From positions 72,407 through 136,406 of the IMG/VR virus record IMGVR_UViG_3300009183_008543: 64,000 nucleotides of DNA; one strand, written 5' to 3'. The notes under the pieces are model-generated. The model worked only from the letters and a program-made list of their open reading frames with translations. It searched no databases and was not told the origin of the DNA. The stretch is from a virus. Positions within the stretch are counted from its first letter, which is position 1, and every line of letters begins with the position of its first letter. This document shows positions 37,020 to 46,967 of the stretch, one piece after another. A program made the position numbers and the translations under genes.

Positions 37020-37370
37020 ATGATGAACGATATAGAAAATTTCAAAAACACCATGGCAACTTGGAATACATATCTTCTTAAGGAAGATAAGATTCAAAAT
37101 TTTTTTGATGAAAATGAATTAATTTTCTTTTTTCAAAAAGGTGACAATATCTATGGAGCAAACGAAGATGGCAGATTGACATTTGCCACAATGAATGACA
37201 AAAAAGAAGATAAAAGAGTTCGAGACGAAATTAGAGTCCTTGCAATAAATCTCGTCAAAAGTATCAATGACGAAAAATCAGAATCAATGTTCAATATGAA
37301 AGAAATGAAAAAAATTAAAATTTTAGACAGAGATGAAGCAGAAAAAATTCTGCACAAAAAAATTAAATGA
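37020..37370 (+). CDS. hypothetical protein
   Basis: TATAAATA just upstream; ATGA overlap with the next gene. Confidence 0.55.
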   Translation: MMNDIENFKNTMATWNTYLLKEDKIQNFFDENELIFFFQKGDNIYGANEDGRLTFATMNDKKEDKRVRDEIRVLAINLVKSINDEKSESMFNMKEMKKIKILDRDEAEKILHKKIK

Positions 37371-38038
37371 CATTGCCATTTCAAAAAAATAATCATGTTC
37401 GCAAATATCAATGTTTCGTATGTGGCAGAGCCTATTACGAATATGACGAGTATAGCAAACACATAAAGGATACTCACGAACTTGGTCGTGATTATGTTGT
37501 ATGCCCACTACAAAGATGTGGTTGTCCAGTCAGAGATTTAAGGCTACATTTCAAATCAAAGCATCCACATGAAAAAGATATTCCAAAGATAGGACAAATG
37601 CGAGCAACAATCTGGAAAGATATTGATAAAAAAAGTGGAAAATTAAAGCAGCAAAAGCCAAAATTTCGTGAAGGTTATTTCATGTCAGGAAAAAATAGAA
37701 AAGAAATGCATTATCGAAGTGGCTACGAAGTAGAAGTATATGAACAATTAGAATATTTGCCAGAAGTTATAAAATACGATGTTGAACCATTCAAAGTTGA
37801 TTATATTTTTGAAGGAGAAAAGCATGAATACAATCCCGATCTTAGTATTTACTTTATGGATGGACATGTAGAAATATGGGAAATAAAGCCAGCTAATCAA
37901 ACGCAATTGCCAAAAAATCACGCTAAGTGGGCTGCGTGTCAACATCACTGCCAAGCAAGAGGTTGGCAGTTTGTAGTTATGACGGAAGTTGGTATAGGAA
38001 AACTCAAAAGAAGAGTTGACGAAATAACAAGATCTTAA
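37367..38038 (+). CDS. T4 gp4-like head-completion / TnsA-like endonuclease with two N-terminal C2H2 zinc fingers
   Basis: YRSGYE...YNPD...WEIKP..QT..P.N.AKWAA...C...GWQFVVMTE; CFVC..H...H and CPLQRC..H....H. Confidence 0.75.
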   Translation: MTLPFQKNNHVRKYQCFVCGRAYYEYDEYSKHIKDTHELGRDYVVCPLQRCGCPVRDLRLHFKSKHPHEKDIPKIGQMRATIWKDIDKKSGKLKQQKPKFREGYFMSGKNRKEMHYRSGYEVEVYEQLEYLPEVIKYDVEPFKVDYIFEGEKHEYNPDLSIYFMDGHVEIWEIKPANQTQLPKNHAKWAACQHHCQARGWQFVVMTEVGIGKLKRRVDEITRS

Positions 38039-38041
38039 AGA

Positions 38042-38410
38042 CTAATCTCCTTTTTCCAATCTAATCGAATCGCTATCTTCATGATGCGTAGAAAATTCTA
38101 TAATTTTAGCTCCATTTTCTCCAGCTATCATTTGATGTCTTAATCCAGTAGGAATATGAAAAGACATTCCTTCTTTTAAAATAATTGATTTTAATTCTTC
38201 TCCACCCCATCCATATAACATCTCTATATCATTTTCCAAAATAAATAAAACCTCATCCTTTATAGCATGATAATGGATAGAACATTTCTTTTTTGGATTA
38301 AAAAAAAGAATCTTACCACAATATTTTTCATTATTACATATCCATTGTTCATGTCCCCAACCCTTTGGAACAATAATATTTGGATGTAATGTATAATTGT
38401 TTACTGGCAT
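38042..38410 (-). CDS. cupin protein (sugar-phosphate isomerase-like)
   Basis: VPKGWGHE, SIHYHAIKDE, HIPTGLRH, EFST. Confidence 0.8.
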   Translation of the reverse strand: MPVNNYTLHPNIIVPKGWGHEQWICNNEKYCGKILFFNPKKKCSIHYHAIKDEVLFILENDIEMLYGWGGEELKSIILKEGMSFHIPTGLRHQMIAGENGAKIIEFSTHHEDSDSIRLEKGD

Positions 38411-39030
38411 TTATATGTACTCTCAATAAAAGGAATTAATTGGTCTCTAATTTTATAGTGAAGATCGACTATTTCTTTGTCATTTATAAGAAAATAATCA
38501 TAAAGTTCGCTTCCCTCTGGTGCGTTTGGATCATTATGCATGATTTCGCCTTCTTTTTGAGTTTTTAAACACCATTCAATGATTGGTTTTATTTGAGACT
38601 CTGAAGGATTGGTGTCATTGTTGAAATAATTAGTGCGATACATGATAACATTGATACCTTCTCGCCCACGAATGTTTTTTGCCTCATTGATATATCGACA
38701 ATCAGAAACAATGAGTTGCTTGCCATCATCTCTTAAGGCTATATCAATCCATATATCGCTTACAATTTGGCGAAATCCATCGCCAACGAATTGTAACGCC
38801 TTGCGGATATTCATTTTCATTCCGGGCGGTGCTTCATCAATTCTTTTCCATTTTTCTAGAAAATCTCTATCGACATTGAATGCCCTACAAAATGTGTCTT
38901 TTACAGCGTTTGCAAATGCTCCTCTTTCCCATGTTCCGGTAGTTTGAACACGATTAAGTTCGATAGCCAAATAATCGGCTGCGGTATCTTTTCCCATAGC
39001 CAATTGCGATGCAAAACCAATAATTTTCAT
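38401..39030 (-). CDS. deoxynucleoside monophosphate kinase (T4 gp1-like)
   Basis: IIGF...GKDTAA, FANAVK, RKALQFVG, IVSDCRYINE, NPSE. Confidence 0.8.
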   Translation of the reverse strand: MKIIGFASQLAMGKDTAADYLAIELNRVQTTGTWERGAFANAVKDTFCRAFNVDRDFLEKWKRIDEAPPGMKMNIRKALQFVGDGFRQIVSDIWIDIALRDDGKQLIVSDCRYINEAKNIRGREGINVIMYRTNYFNNDTNPSESQIKPIIEWCLKTQKEGEIMHNDPNAPEGSELYDYFLINDKEIVDLHYKIRDQLIPFIESTYKCQ

Positions 39031-39128
39031 AATAAAATCCTCGTTGTTTTAGTAATCATAAATGATTTATAAATTTTTATCAACAGCCAAGTCTGTTTTT
39101 TATAACCAATTGTCACTTATAATTTCTT

Positions 39129-39401
39129 ATGATACCTATGAAAAAAATAGAACCAATATGTAAAAATTGTTTGCTTTACAATCATGAAAAAAAAGAATGT
39201 AAAGTTGCAGTTCTAATTAATGGCACTGAACACCATCTGCCAGTAGATAAAAATGATAGATGTCATATGGATGAACTTGGAATTGAAGTTCAGCAAGTCA
39301 GATGGTGGACAGAAGACAAGGATGGCAATCCAACAAAAGAAAACGGCATTGTTAAGATTGAATATCCACAGAATTTCTTCGGAAAACAAGAGAATCAATA
39401 A
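39129..39401 (+). CDS. hypothetical protein
   Basis: CKNC...C...C; ORF in the plus-strand pair. Confidence 0.55.
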   Translation: MIPMKKIEPICKNCLLYNHEKKECKVAVLINGTEHHLPVDKNDRCHMDELGIEVQQVRWWTEDKDGNPTKENGIVKIEYPQNFFGKQENQ

Positions 39402-39404
39402 GTA

Positions 39405-40175
39405 ATGGCTTGTGAAGGTCCTTTTAAAAATGGCGTTGCAGGAGATCCAGTCTGTGGTTGCTCATGCTCAGATTCTAAATGTTGTCCACCACCATGCTGC
39501 AGTAGTGTTAGTCTTTTTTTTGAATTAGGACCAGCTTATGACGAAATAGATTATCCCGAAGGATGTAAATGCGAAGATCCAACTCCGCCAGAAGAACCCG
39601 CACCATTACTAAGAGAATTATCTGAAAAAGAAAATTGGGAAACTATAAACATTGGATCTCATCTCATACCTTTTCCAAAATTTAAAAAAAAATCAAATAA
39701 AAATTCAGATAATTATGTTTTTGCTCTTGGGGGAAGCTGTTCAGTGCCATGCGAAGTGGTAGAAATTCAATTAACTGTTGATAGCTGTTGCATAGAAATA
39801 GTAGATGGAACAGAAGGGCAAACAAACTTTGATCCAGATGTGTCGTTAAGAATGGTTGGTGATGGCTTTGTATTTGCCACATATGATGCTGGTGATTGCG
39901 AATTTGATTTAAAAATAAATGGCACAACAATAACCGCAGAAGAAGATAGTGTATTTGTTGCTGATGGAGATCCAATTGATGTTTCGCTTGAACCAAAAGG
40001 AATAAATGCAGATTGTTGTACACCCTGCTGGATTGACACCCAATGCACACCATCGAGCATTCTTGCTACAAAGGTCTTCTTTAGAGCTAGATCTGTGAAA
40101 AAGGGTGCAAAGGGCTATTTGAACATAGCAAAGCTAATTGAAAGAGTAAACAGGCTAAAGCGCAGAAAGTCTTGA
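39405..40175 (+). CDS. Cys-rich hypothetical protein
   Basis: CGCSC..CCPPPCC N-terminus, acidic beta-rich middle, basic tail. Confidence 0.6.
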   Translation: MACEGPFKNGVAGDPVCGCSCSDSKCCPPPCCSSVSLFFELGPAYDEIDYPEGCKCEDPTPPEEPAPLLRELSEKENWETINIGSHLIPFPKFKKKSNKNSDNYVFALGGSCSVPCEVVEIQLTVDSCCIEIVDGTEGQTNFDPDVSLRMVGDGFVFATYDAGDCEFDLKINGTTITAEEDSVFVADGDPIDVSLEPKGINADCCTPCWIDTQCTPSSILATKVFFRARSVKKGAKGYLNIAKLIERVNRLKRRKS

Positions 40176-42179
40176 TGCAACGCTTTTAATTTCTTTGACC
40201 AAATCTTCTTTAAGATTCAATATTTTTTTCAATTTAGCATCATCTAATTCGGCAACAGAATCAACATCTTTATATCCCAAATCGTATAACTTTGTTGCTC
40301 TAACTTTACCTACATTTGGCAACTGGCACAAATTTATAAGATGTGCTGGTACTCCATGTCTAATGCGACTTCCCAAATCCTTTAAAAATGACTCTTGACC
40401 CCATTTCCCACTCATAGAATCAAGTGCGACCAATATCTGCTGTATTCTTTCAAATTCGCTTTGCAAACTTCTTTGATATCCAGCCAAAGCTGTTACATAC
40501 GATCCATTCAACAAATTAAAATAACAAAAGGCAGATTTCTTGATTCCTTCTGTGAAAAATTTATATTCTGAGTAAAAATCTTTTTGTAGCCTCTTGTCGA
40601 ACAAGCTCATTTCTTGTTTTTCTGCGTTGTTGACTATATTTGCTCTATTGGTATCAATTTTTGCCAAAGCCAAAGCAACATGCAAATCAGAGTTTTGTTT
40701 TTTTTCCTTAAATAAAAAATAAAAATTTCTACTGTAGTCAGCGATGTCAAACGGAGAGTAATAAAAAATGCTTGCTATTTTTCCAACACTAGAAACTTCC
40801 AAATTACCATTATCATTATGAACAATTTTTCTATCGATCATTTCGACAAGCAATTCGCTGATATAGGTCTGATTAAGATTCCTTGCTTGAAAACTAGCCA
40901 ATGATCTTTCATACCACTTCTTAATGTCTGCAACATTTTCAATTGATCTGTGATGAATTTCACTAACCAAATGAAATGCGAGATTTCTTGGCTTCTCTAA
41001 GAGTTTAGAAGTAATGTTTTGTGGAGTATTCAATCTGTCACGATGTCTTTTTGCATTAGAGTTTGGCAATAAGATATAAGCATCGCCACGAGGATCGATT
41101 CCTAATCGTCCTGATCTACCGACCATTTGAGTCACATTATAAGTTTCTACTTCATCCTTGCCACGATGAACTCCAAGTATAATCACACGCCTAGCAGGTG
41201 TATTAACTCCCCAAGCCAAAGTTGGAGTTGCAACAATAATTCTCAAGCCATCTTTTTTCTTAAATCTTCTTTCTAAATCAATTCTTTTCTCTTTGTCCAA
41301 ATCTGCATTATGGAACTCTGAATCAATTGAATTGGCTTTCAATGTCCGAGTTATCAAATCACCAGTTCTTTTTGTGTGTGCAAAAACCAAAAATTTATCA
41401 TCGGGATAATCGTTTATAATATCCAAAGCTTTGTCGATCTTTGCCTTTTCTTCAATGTCATAAGAATAACAATGCTCATCATCGTAGTTTTCATAGTGAA
41501 TTCCCAAAGGCACTGGTCTATACTCAGAATTCAAAATATAAGTTTTCTTTTTATTGAGTTCACATAACCATTCTGCGATTTGACTCACATTTGGCATAGT
41601 TGCAGACAAAAGAACAATCCGACAATTTGGATTAATTTGAGTAAATTTCATCAATCCAACCTCAAGATGTTCGCCTCTTCCGGGAACTGTCAAAAGATGA
41701 GATTCGTCAATTACTAAAGTTCCTATTTCTTTCAGATAGGCACTTTTTTCAGAATTGATATTTCTTGCTCTATGGTTGAGCATTTCCGAAGTCATGATGA
41801 TTAGATTTGATTTCAACAATTCTTCTTGTCTTTTTTCGGTGATCCTATAATCACCTGTGCATATTGAAATATTCAAATCATGAAAATGATATGACGAGTC
41901 TGTCCATTGGTCTATTTTTTCTTGAGCCAAGGCTTTTAATGGTGCAAGAAACATTCCTTTGCCACCACGCTTACGAATTTCTTGAGCCAAAAACATTTCG
42001 GCAATAACAGTTTTTCCAGCACTAGTTCTTGCGGAAACTAAAAAGTTAGCATCATTTTCAAAAACTTCAAAAATTCTACTTTGAACTGGATTGAAATTTT
42101 CATATTCCCATTTTGCGTATGGATATTTCGAACAAGGAACAAGATCCGTCTGATCTATTATTTGGATCAATTCGCTCAT
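40155..42179 (-). CDS. Ski2/Hel308-like superfamily 2 helicase
   Basis: FNPVQ, RTSAGKT, APLKALA, DESH, LSAT, TPTLAWGVNTP, QMVGRSGR, C-terminal HhH (LPNVGKVRA). Confidence 0.88.
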   Translation of the reverse strand: MSELIQIIDQTDLVPCSKYPYAKWEYENFNPVQSRIFEVFENDANFLVSARTSAGKTVIAEMFLAQEIRKRGGKGMFLAPLKALAQEKIDQWTDSSYHFHDLNISICTGDYRITEKRQEELLKSNLIIMTSEMLNHRARNINSEKSAYLKEIGTLVIDESHLLTVPGRGEHLEVGLMKFTQINPNCRIVLLSATMPNVSQIAEWLCELNKKKTYILNSEYRPVPLGIHYENYDDEHCYSYDIEEKAKIDKALDIINDYPDDKFLVFAHTKRTGDLITRTLKANSIDSEFHNADLDKEKRIDLERRFKKKDGLRIIVATPTLAWGVNTPARRVIILGVHRGKDEVETYNVTQMVGRSGRLGIDPRGDAYILLPNSNAKRHRDRLNTPQNITSKLLEKPRNLAFHLVSEIHHRSIENVADIKKWYERSLASFQARNLNQTYISELLVEMIDRKIVHNDNGNLEVSSVGKIASIFYYSPFDIADYSRNFYFLFKEKKQNSDLHVALALAKIDTNRANIVNNAEKQEMSLFDKRLQKDFYSEYKFFTEGIKKSAFCYFNLLNGSYVTALAGYQRSLQSEFERIQQILVALDSMSGKWGQESFLKDLGSRIRHGVPAHLINLCQLPNVGKVRATKLYDLGYKDVDSVAELDDAKLKKILNLKEDLVKEIKSVASRLSAL

Positions 42180-42246
42180 AACATTATTTCTCTTAAGGTT
42201 GAATTGCACATGATAGCAAAAGCAGCTTTGTTGGGAAAGATAACAT

Positions 42247-42705
42247 TTAAAAATTGGTTTTATTTTCTTTTCTAATTTGCCAGATTTGCGAAATGGTTTT
42301 GCCCAAAGATCCCATTTCCTCTTGGCTAAAGCTATTGCTCTTTACTTTATTACATGCCAAACAACAAAGAACAATATTATCAAGTGTGTAATCCTTATCA
42401 CTATCAATGCGATCTACACCTAATGATTCAACCAACAATCCAATTTGTGAATATATTGATAAATTTAAAATTTCTGCTTCTGTGACACCACAATAAAAAC
42501 ATTTTCTCACATGAGATTTTATCCATGTAAGAAATTCTTCTTGGGTGATAGCGACTTGAGGAGTTTTTTTTCTTTTTCTTTTGACGGAACAATTTGCTTG
42601 AATATTTTTATATTTCTGACAATCTTTGCATGTACGCATTTTTCCAGAACTATATCTCAATGTCAAATCATCGGTTTTACAAATAGGACAAGTCCAAATA
42701 ATCAT
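42247..42705 (-). CDS. His-Me finger (HNH-like) endonuclease, probably a free-standing homing endonuclease
   Basis: CFYCG...GVDRIDSDKDYTLDNIVLCCLACNKVK; CTAAATA and GGAG upstream. Confidence 0.75.
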   Translation of the reverse strand: MIIWTCPICKTDDLTLRYSSGKMRTCKDCQKYKNIQANCSVKRKRKKTPQVAITQEEFLTWIKSHVRKCFYCGVTEAEILNLSIYSQIGLLVESLGVDRIDSDKDYTLDNIVLCCLACNKVKSNSFSQEEMGSLGKTISQIWQIRKENKTNF

Positions 42706-42757
42706 TTATCTCCATCGTCTGGATATGATTATTTAGACTTGTCTGCTATTAAATTTA

Positions 42758-43012
42758 TTAGCGGTGAATATCAAATCTTTTTTGATATTCACGATTTACA
42801 GCTTCATGCATAGTGTCAACCATGCCATAAAAATCAAAGCATCCAGATGCTCCACCAAGCCATCTGTCGAGATCTTTGTTGTTTCCAACAAAATTCAAGA
42901 CTTCTGGAATGTCGCCTTGATACCTAAAATGAAGTCTACTATGAAGCACTTTTAGATTCTCATCAGAAAGCCTATAAAAGTATTCTTTTAAAAAATGATC
43001 GATATTTTTCAT
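42758..43012 (-). CDS. hypothetical protein
   Basis: GAGGT RBS; compact ORF. Confidence 0.6.
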   Translation of the reverse strand: MKNIDHFLKEYFYRLSDENLKVLHSRLHFRYQGDIPEVLNFVGNNKDLDRWLGGASGCFDFYGMVDTMHEAVNREYQKRFDIHR

Positions 43013-43026
43013 ACTATACCTCAGAT

Positions 43027-43365
43027 ATGGAAAAGATTTTTAACCAAAAAAAGTTTGAAGAACTACTAGTCTCCAAATGGGCTGAGTTCTTAGATGCTCC
43101 AAAATTATTGAAAACAATCAATGATTTAGTCCAAGAACATAAAAATAATTTCGACATTGTTCCCAATACATCATATAAACAAAAAGGAACACAAATAATG
43201 ATATCCAGATTCCAACTTACAAATAATGGATTCATTATATGGGTAGACTTTTTGGTTCCACTCGCAGAAAACAAAGTTGCCGTAGGAACTACCGAGTTGT
43301 TCCTACTATCTACAGGAATTCTAAGTCATTCCAAAACTTTAGGCAATATATACGATTGTATTTAA
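43027..43365 (+). CDS. hypothetical protein
   Basis: Fills the gap between minus-strand genes. Confidence 0.5.
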   Translation: MEKIFNQKKFEELLVSKWAEFLDAPKLLKTINDLVQEHKNNFDIVPNTSYKQKGTQIMISRFQLTNNGFIIWVDFLVPLAENKVAVGTTELFLLSTGILSHSKTLGNIYDCI

Positions 43366-43661
43366 ACTACATCCAATCTTCTTACATGGTCTCCATCTTG
43401 ATTGATAAAGCTGTCTTCTAGTATTAAAGATTTTTTATCATCTGCAAAACGAAGCCCTAAATTGAATGCATCAATACATGCTGTTCGATCATTTTGTGAT
43501 GCCATAACCCAACAATAGTCATTTTTCTTTATAAATTTTCCTCTTTGGTTTTCTTGTGTTATTCCTATTTCTAATGTAACATTGTCCGGCAAAAGTAATT
43601 CAATTTTCCCATGCCTCATAAGATGCTCTACAATCATAGATTGTATTTTATTTTGGCTCAT
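43362..43661 (-). CDS. hypothetical protein
   Basis: GAGGTG RBS. Confidence 0.6.
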   Translation of the reverse strand: MSQNKIQSMIVEHLMRHGKIELLLPDNVTLEIGITQENQRGKFIKKNDYCWVMASQNDRTACIDAFNLGLRFADDKKSLILEDSFINQDGDHVRRLDVV

Positions 43662-43681
43662 GATTACACCTCGTAAAATTT

Positions 43682-44152
43682 TTAAATGAAAAAAACTTTG
43701 CTAGGAGGAATATAAAAGTATTTGAACCCATCATAGAAACGATGTGTATAGTCACCATCTTTACGAATTGGAGATTCAATCACCCTCTCCTCCTTGTTCA
43801 AACAAACTGTCCAACAATATATCTTTTTTTGTTGTTTATAGGTTTCTATGAGAAACAATTCATCATTTCCTAAAAACAACTTTGCAATCTTACAATTAAC
43901 AGAAATCGGCAAAAAGGTGCTATAGTCACCATAAAGCTGTAAAACATCCATATAATAATGTTCATAATCACATCTTTGGTAGTGAGCTACTACAGAATAT
44001 CCATCAACGACATATTTTCTACTTTTAAAAATAAGTAGATCTTCTTCGTAAGCTTCTGAATTTTTAATGGGATAATTGTATGGAATCAAAATCTTTGAGA
44101 GATTTTTTAATTCTTGAATCGAACTTTTTATCTTTGTGATGTTGTCCGACAT
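43682..44152 (-). CDS. hypothetical protein
   Basis: AAGGTG RBS. Confidence 0.6.
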   Translation of the reverse strand: MSDNITKIKSSIQELKNLSKILIPYNYPIKNSEAYEEDLLIFKSRKYVVDGYSVVAHYQRCDYEHYYMDVLQLYGDYSTFLPISVNCKIAKLFLGNDELFLIETYKQQKKIYCWTVCLNKEERVIESPIRKDGDYTHRFYDGFKYFYIPPSKVFFI

Positions 44153-44180
44153 ATATTCACCTTCTATGAAGGTATATATC

Positions 44181-45176
44181 CTAATCCAAGAACTTATCTT
44201 CTATAAATTTATTATTCAATAATGAATTTGAATCTTTTTCGAATTGAAAAACATCATGCTGTTGATGAAATTTGAAATCATTGCCAAACACTCCATCAAT
44301 CTCACATAATATATTCTGCTTCATACGCATAAAAAGCCATTCTTTTACCTCTTTTAGACCAGACGATAAGTTAGAATCATCATCAAATCTAAGCAATTCC
44401 ATGACTTTATTGAAATCTAACCAAGCATAGCCAGTCATTTGGTTATTTTTTTCATAATTTTTCAATAATGGTAATTTGGAAGTAATATTTACAAAATGAA
44501 GAAGAAATAAAATGTAATTTTTTGCATCAAAATAATTTAAACAAGCAGATGCATCCATTATTCTAAATTCAATAGTCTGTCTTTTATTGTTTACGAAATG
44601 ATATGTATTAATCGAATAATATTTATGCATCCCAATTGAATTTATAAGTTTATTAGAACTAATAAGTGGGTGTTCAACTTCATCAACAATGTCGGAAAAA
44701 GACAATAACTGGCAATATCTATTTCTTTTTCTTTTAATTGGAACCATGTTTGCGAACACATATTCGCATTTAATCCACCAACTAATTACAGAAGCAACTT
44801 GATCAACAGAAAGATCGTGAACATCAACATGAACATGAAACGAACATCTTTCATCTGCTTTTATATTGCTGTCATTGCTAAAAGCATTGACAACAGTAGA
44901 TACTTTTCTCACTCCATCAATTCCCTTTAAAACTGGTGTGCATACTTCGATACCACAACTACTATCTGGCTTTAAAATCCAAGAATCATTATTGTGATTA
45001 TTTCCCCACTTTTGAATAAACACCTTATCTTTGGCAACTTTTTGAACCAGCCAAGAAACATAAAAAATTCCTTTTGGCAAATTTCCCAATTCATAATCAA
45101 ATGGACGACTTCTGCCATCGAAGGCATTAATTTCTAACTCAACTCCAAAACGCCTTTTATTATTACAATTATTCAT
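44181..45176 (-). CDS. putative amidoligase (Amidoligase_2 / COOH-NH2 ligase-like)
   Basis: RRFGVELE, WILKPDSSCGIEVCTPVL, CSFHVHV, KYYSIN, TIEFR. Confidence 0.8.
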   Translation of the reverse strand: MNNCNNKRRFGVELEINAFDGRSRPFDYELGNLPKGIFYVSWLVQKVAKDKVFIQKWGNNHNNDSWILKPDSSCGIEVCTPVLKGIDGVRKVSTVVNAFSNDSNIKADERCSFHVHVDVHDLSVDQVASVISWWIKCEYVFANMVPIKRKRNRYCQLLSFSDIVDEVEHPLISSNKLINSIGMHKYYSINTYHFVNNKRQTIEFRIMDASACLNYFDAKNYILFLLHFVNITSKLPLLKNYEKNNQMTGYAWLDFNKVMELLRFDDDSNLSSGLKEVKEWLFMRMKQNILCEIDGVFGNDFKFHQQHDVFQFEKDSNSLLNNKFIEDKFLD

Positions 45177-45243
45177 GTTCACCTCATTGCCAAGTCAACG
45201 ACATCTCTTTTATAATACAGTAACACCAAATCAAGGAGTTTCT

Positions 45244-45726
45244 ATGAATTATTTGATGATTGAATTGAAGGACAAAAGAAAATTTATTACAAATAAAAAA
45301 AATTTGAGTAATTTAATCGAATTTTCCAAGACATTTAACGCAGATCTTTCAATAATAAGCACTGAGAGTAAAAATTCTCTATCACTAGAACAATTGGCAA
45401 ATGAAATTTGCGACACAAATCGCAAACAAGAAGAATTTGAATATAAAACAATTGAAACTTTGAACAAAAAAGAAACAAACCAAAGTAATTTAATATTTTC
45501 ACATATAATAAAAACACTTCAAAGCAAAAAAGAAATAGATACAAATAAACTAATTGCAAAATTCAAAAAAAAAGGAATAGATGAAAAAAACATCTATTCC
45601 CAAATAACAAAAGCAAAAAACTACATCAAAAATATAGGAAAAACTTTAAAGAGGCTTGGAAAAACCAAATATAAAATTGATTATTCTTCTATCTCTGAAT
45701 CAATTTCATCATCTATTCCTTCTTGA
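45244..45726 (+). CDS. hypothetical protein, possible winged helix
   Basis: AAGGAG RBS before MNYLMIELKD. Confidence 0.55.
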   Translation: MNYLMIELKDKRKFITNKKNLSNLIEFSKTFNADLSIISTESKNSLSLEQLANEICDTNRKQEEFEYKTIETLNKKETNQSNLIFSHIIKTLQSKKEIDTNKLIAKFKKKGIDEKNIYSQITKAKNYIKNIGKTLKRLGKTKYKIDYSSISESISSSIPS

Positions 45727-46889
45727 TTGGTTATGTCTGTTTCTATGACATCACCACCAATCTGGAATTCCATAGCTGCTTTAAATGGCTCCAAATAATC
45801 AATTATATCTTGTTCAGATGCTGCATCAATAATCGATGGGCATTTGAGCAAGATTTCAAGAGGAATTTCATTCTTGTCTAAGGAGGCTTTGAATTTAATT
45901 TCCTCACCATTGCTATAAGGCTCTGCAACGATGAAATTTCCAGCACTCTTGGCAATAATCCTATTTGCATCAAGCAAACAAGATAATAAGCCACTAACAG
46001 GATTTATTCCGTGTTCAAAAAGCAATTGAATGTTTTCTGTTGAAATAAATGGTGTATGAGTCTTATTTTTAACATTTTTAACACGAATGTTAATGCCAAG
46101 AATCTTGGTTTTTTTTGCACTAATTTTATATTCTATCTTCTTCATTGTCGATGTTTCTAATCGACACGAAGCATAAAACGGTAAAGCATTACCACCACCA
46201 GCAGTTGTGGTTGGATTTCCATAAAGAACACCAATTTTTGAACGAGTCTGATTCAAAATGACAACAGTAGCATCATTCTTTTCCATAACTGTGTTCAATT
46301 TTCGGAATTCTCTAGAACAAATCTTAGCTCTTTCTCCGGGTTGCTCATGCCCACCAACAATGCGTTTGAAATCAGCTTTCGAAGCGTTCTCTGGAAGATT
46401 AACCTCTCTAAGCTCTCTAGCCGATGGACTTACGCCAATGGAGTCATAAACAATAGCAATCGGACATTCTTTTCTTTTTGATCGAACAAATTCAATAGAT
46501 TTATACATCTTCAAAAAGACATCTTCCAATGCTTGTGGAGTATGTCTGACGATTTTATTCAAATCGCAATGTGATGCTCGTTGAATAAATTCTTTATTAG
46601 CAGAATTCTCACAATCTTCCAAAATAGCAATTCCACCAGAACGCTGGCAACCGAACAAAACATTTGTTCCAATCAAAGATTTTGAACTAGATGAAGGACC
46701 ATAAATTTCCGTAAGCTTACCGCCCGGAACTCCACCGCCCATAAACTTTCCACTACAAATATAATTGATTGCCAAATTTCCACTATCTACAAAATATTTA
46801 ACGCTATCAATTTCAGCCACAATATCGCCACCAGTTTCATTTGCTAAATCTTGGAAGAAATTATCTTCATCGACTTTTTTACGAGCCAT
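45681..46889 (-). CDS. recA: RecA / UvsX recombinase
   Basis: DSGNLAINY, TEIYGPSSSSKS, IVYDSIG, ILNQTR, GGNALPFYAS, VKNK. Confidence 0.93.
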   Translation of the reverse strand: MARKKVDEDNFFQDLANETGGDIVAEIDSVKYFVDSGNLAINYICSGKFMGGGVPGGKLTEIYGPSSSSKSLIGTNVLFGCQRSGGIAILEDCENSANKEFIQRASHCDLNKIVRHTPQALEDVFLKMYKSIEFVRSKRKECPIAIVYDSIGVSPSARELREVNLPENASKADFKRIVGGHEQPGERAKICSREFRKLNTVMEKNDATVVILNQTRSKIGVLYGNPTTTAGGGNALPFYASCRLETSTMKKIEYKISAKKTKILGINIRVKNVKNKTHTPFISTENIQLLFEHGINPVSGLLSCLLDANRIIAKSAGNFIVAEPYSNGEEIKFKASLDKNEIPLEILLKCPSIIDAASEQDIIDYLEPFKAAMEFQIGGDVIETDITNQEGIDDEIDSEIEE

Positions 46890-46923
46890 AGTATCTCCTT
46901 TGTATATTATTTGAATATGATAA

Positions 46924-46955
46924 AGCGTGAACACACCCATAGATGCGTTCACGCT
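46924..46955 (-). terminator. intergenic hairpin (terminator or processing site) between ssb and recA
   Basis: agcgtgaacgcatc-tatg-ggtgtgttcacgct on the minus strand (G-U pairs favour this strand); short U tail. Confidence 0.55.
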
Positions 46956-46967
46956 AAAAGTGATTGT

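Noticed and set aside
37367-38038. Tn7-like transposon (tnsA)
   Set aside because: No tnsB or tnsC and no transposon ends; the motif fits the phage gp4-like family.
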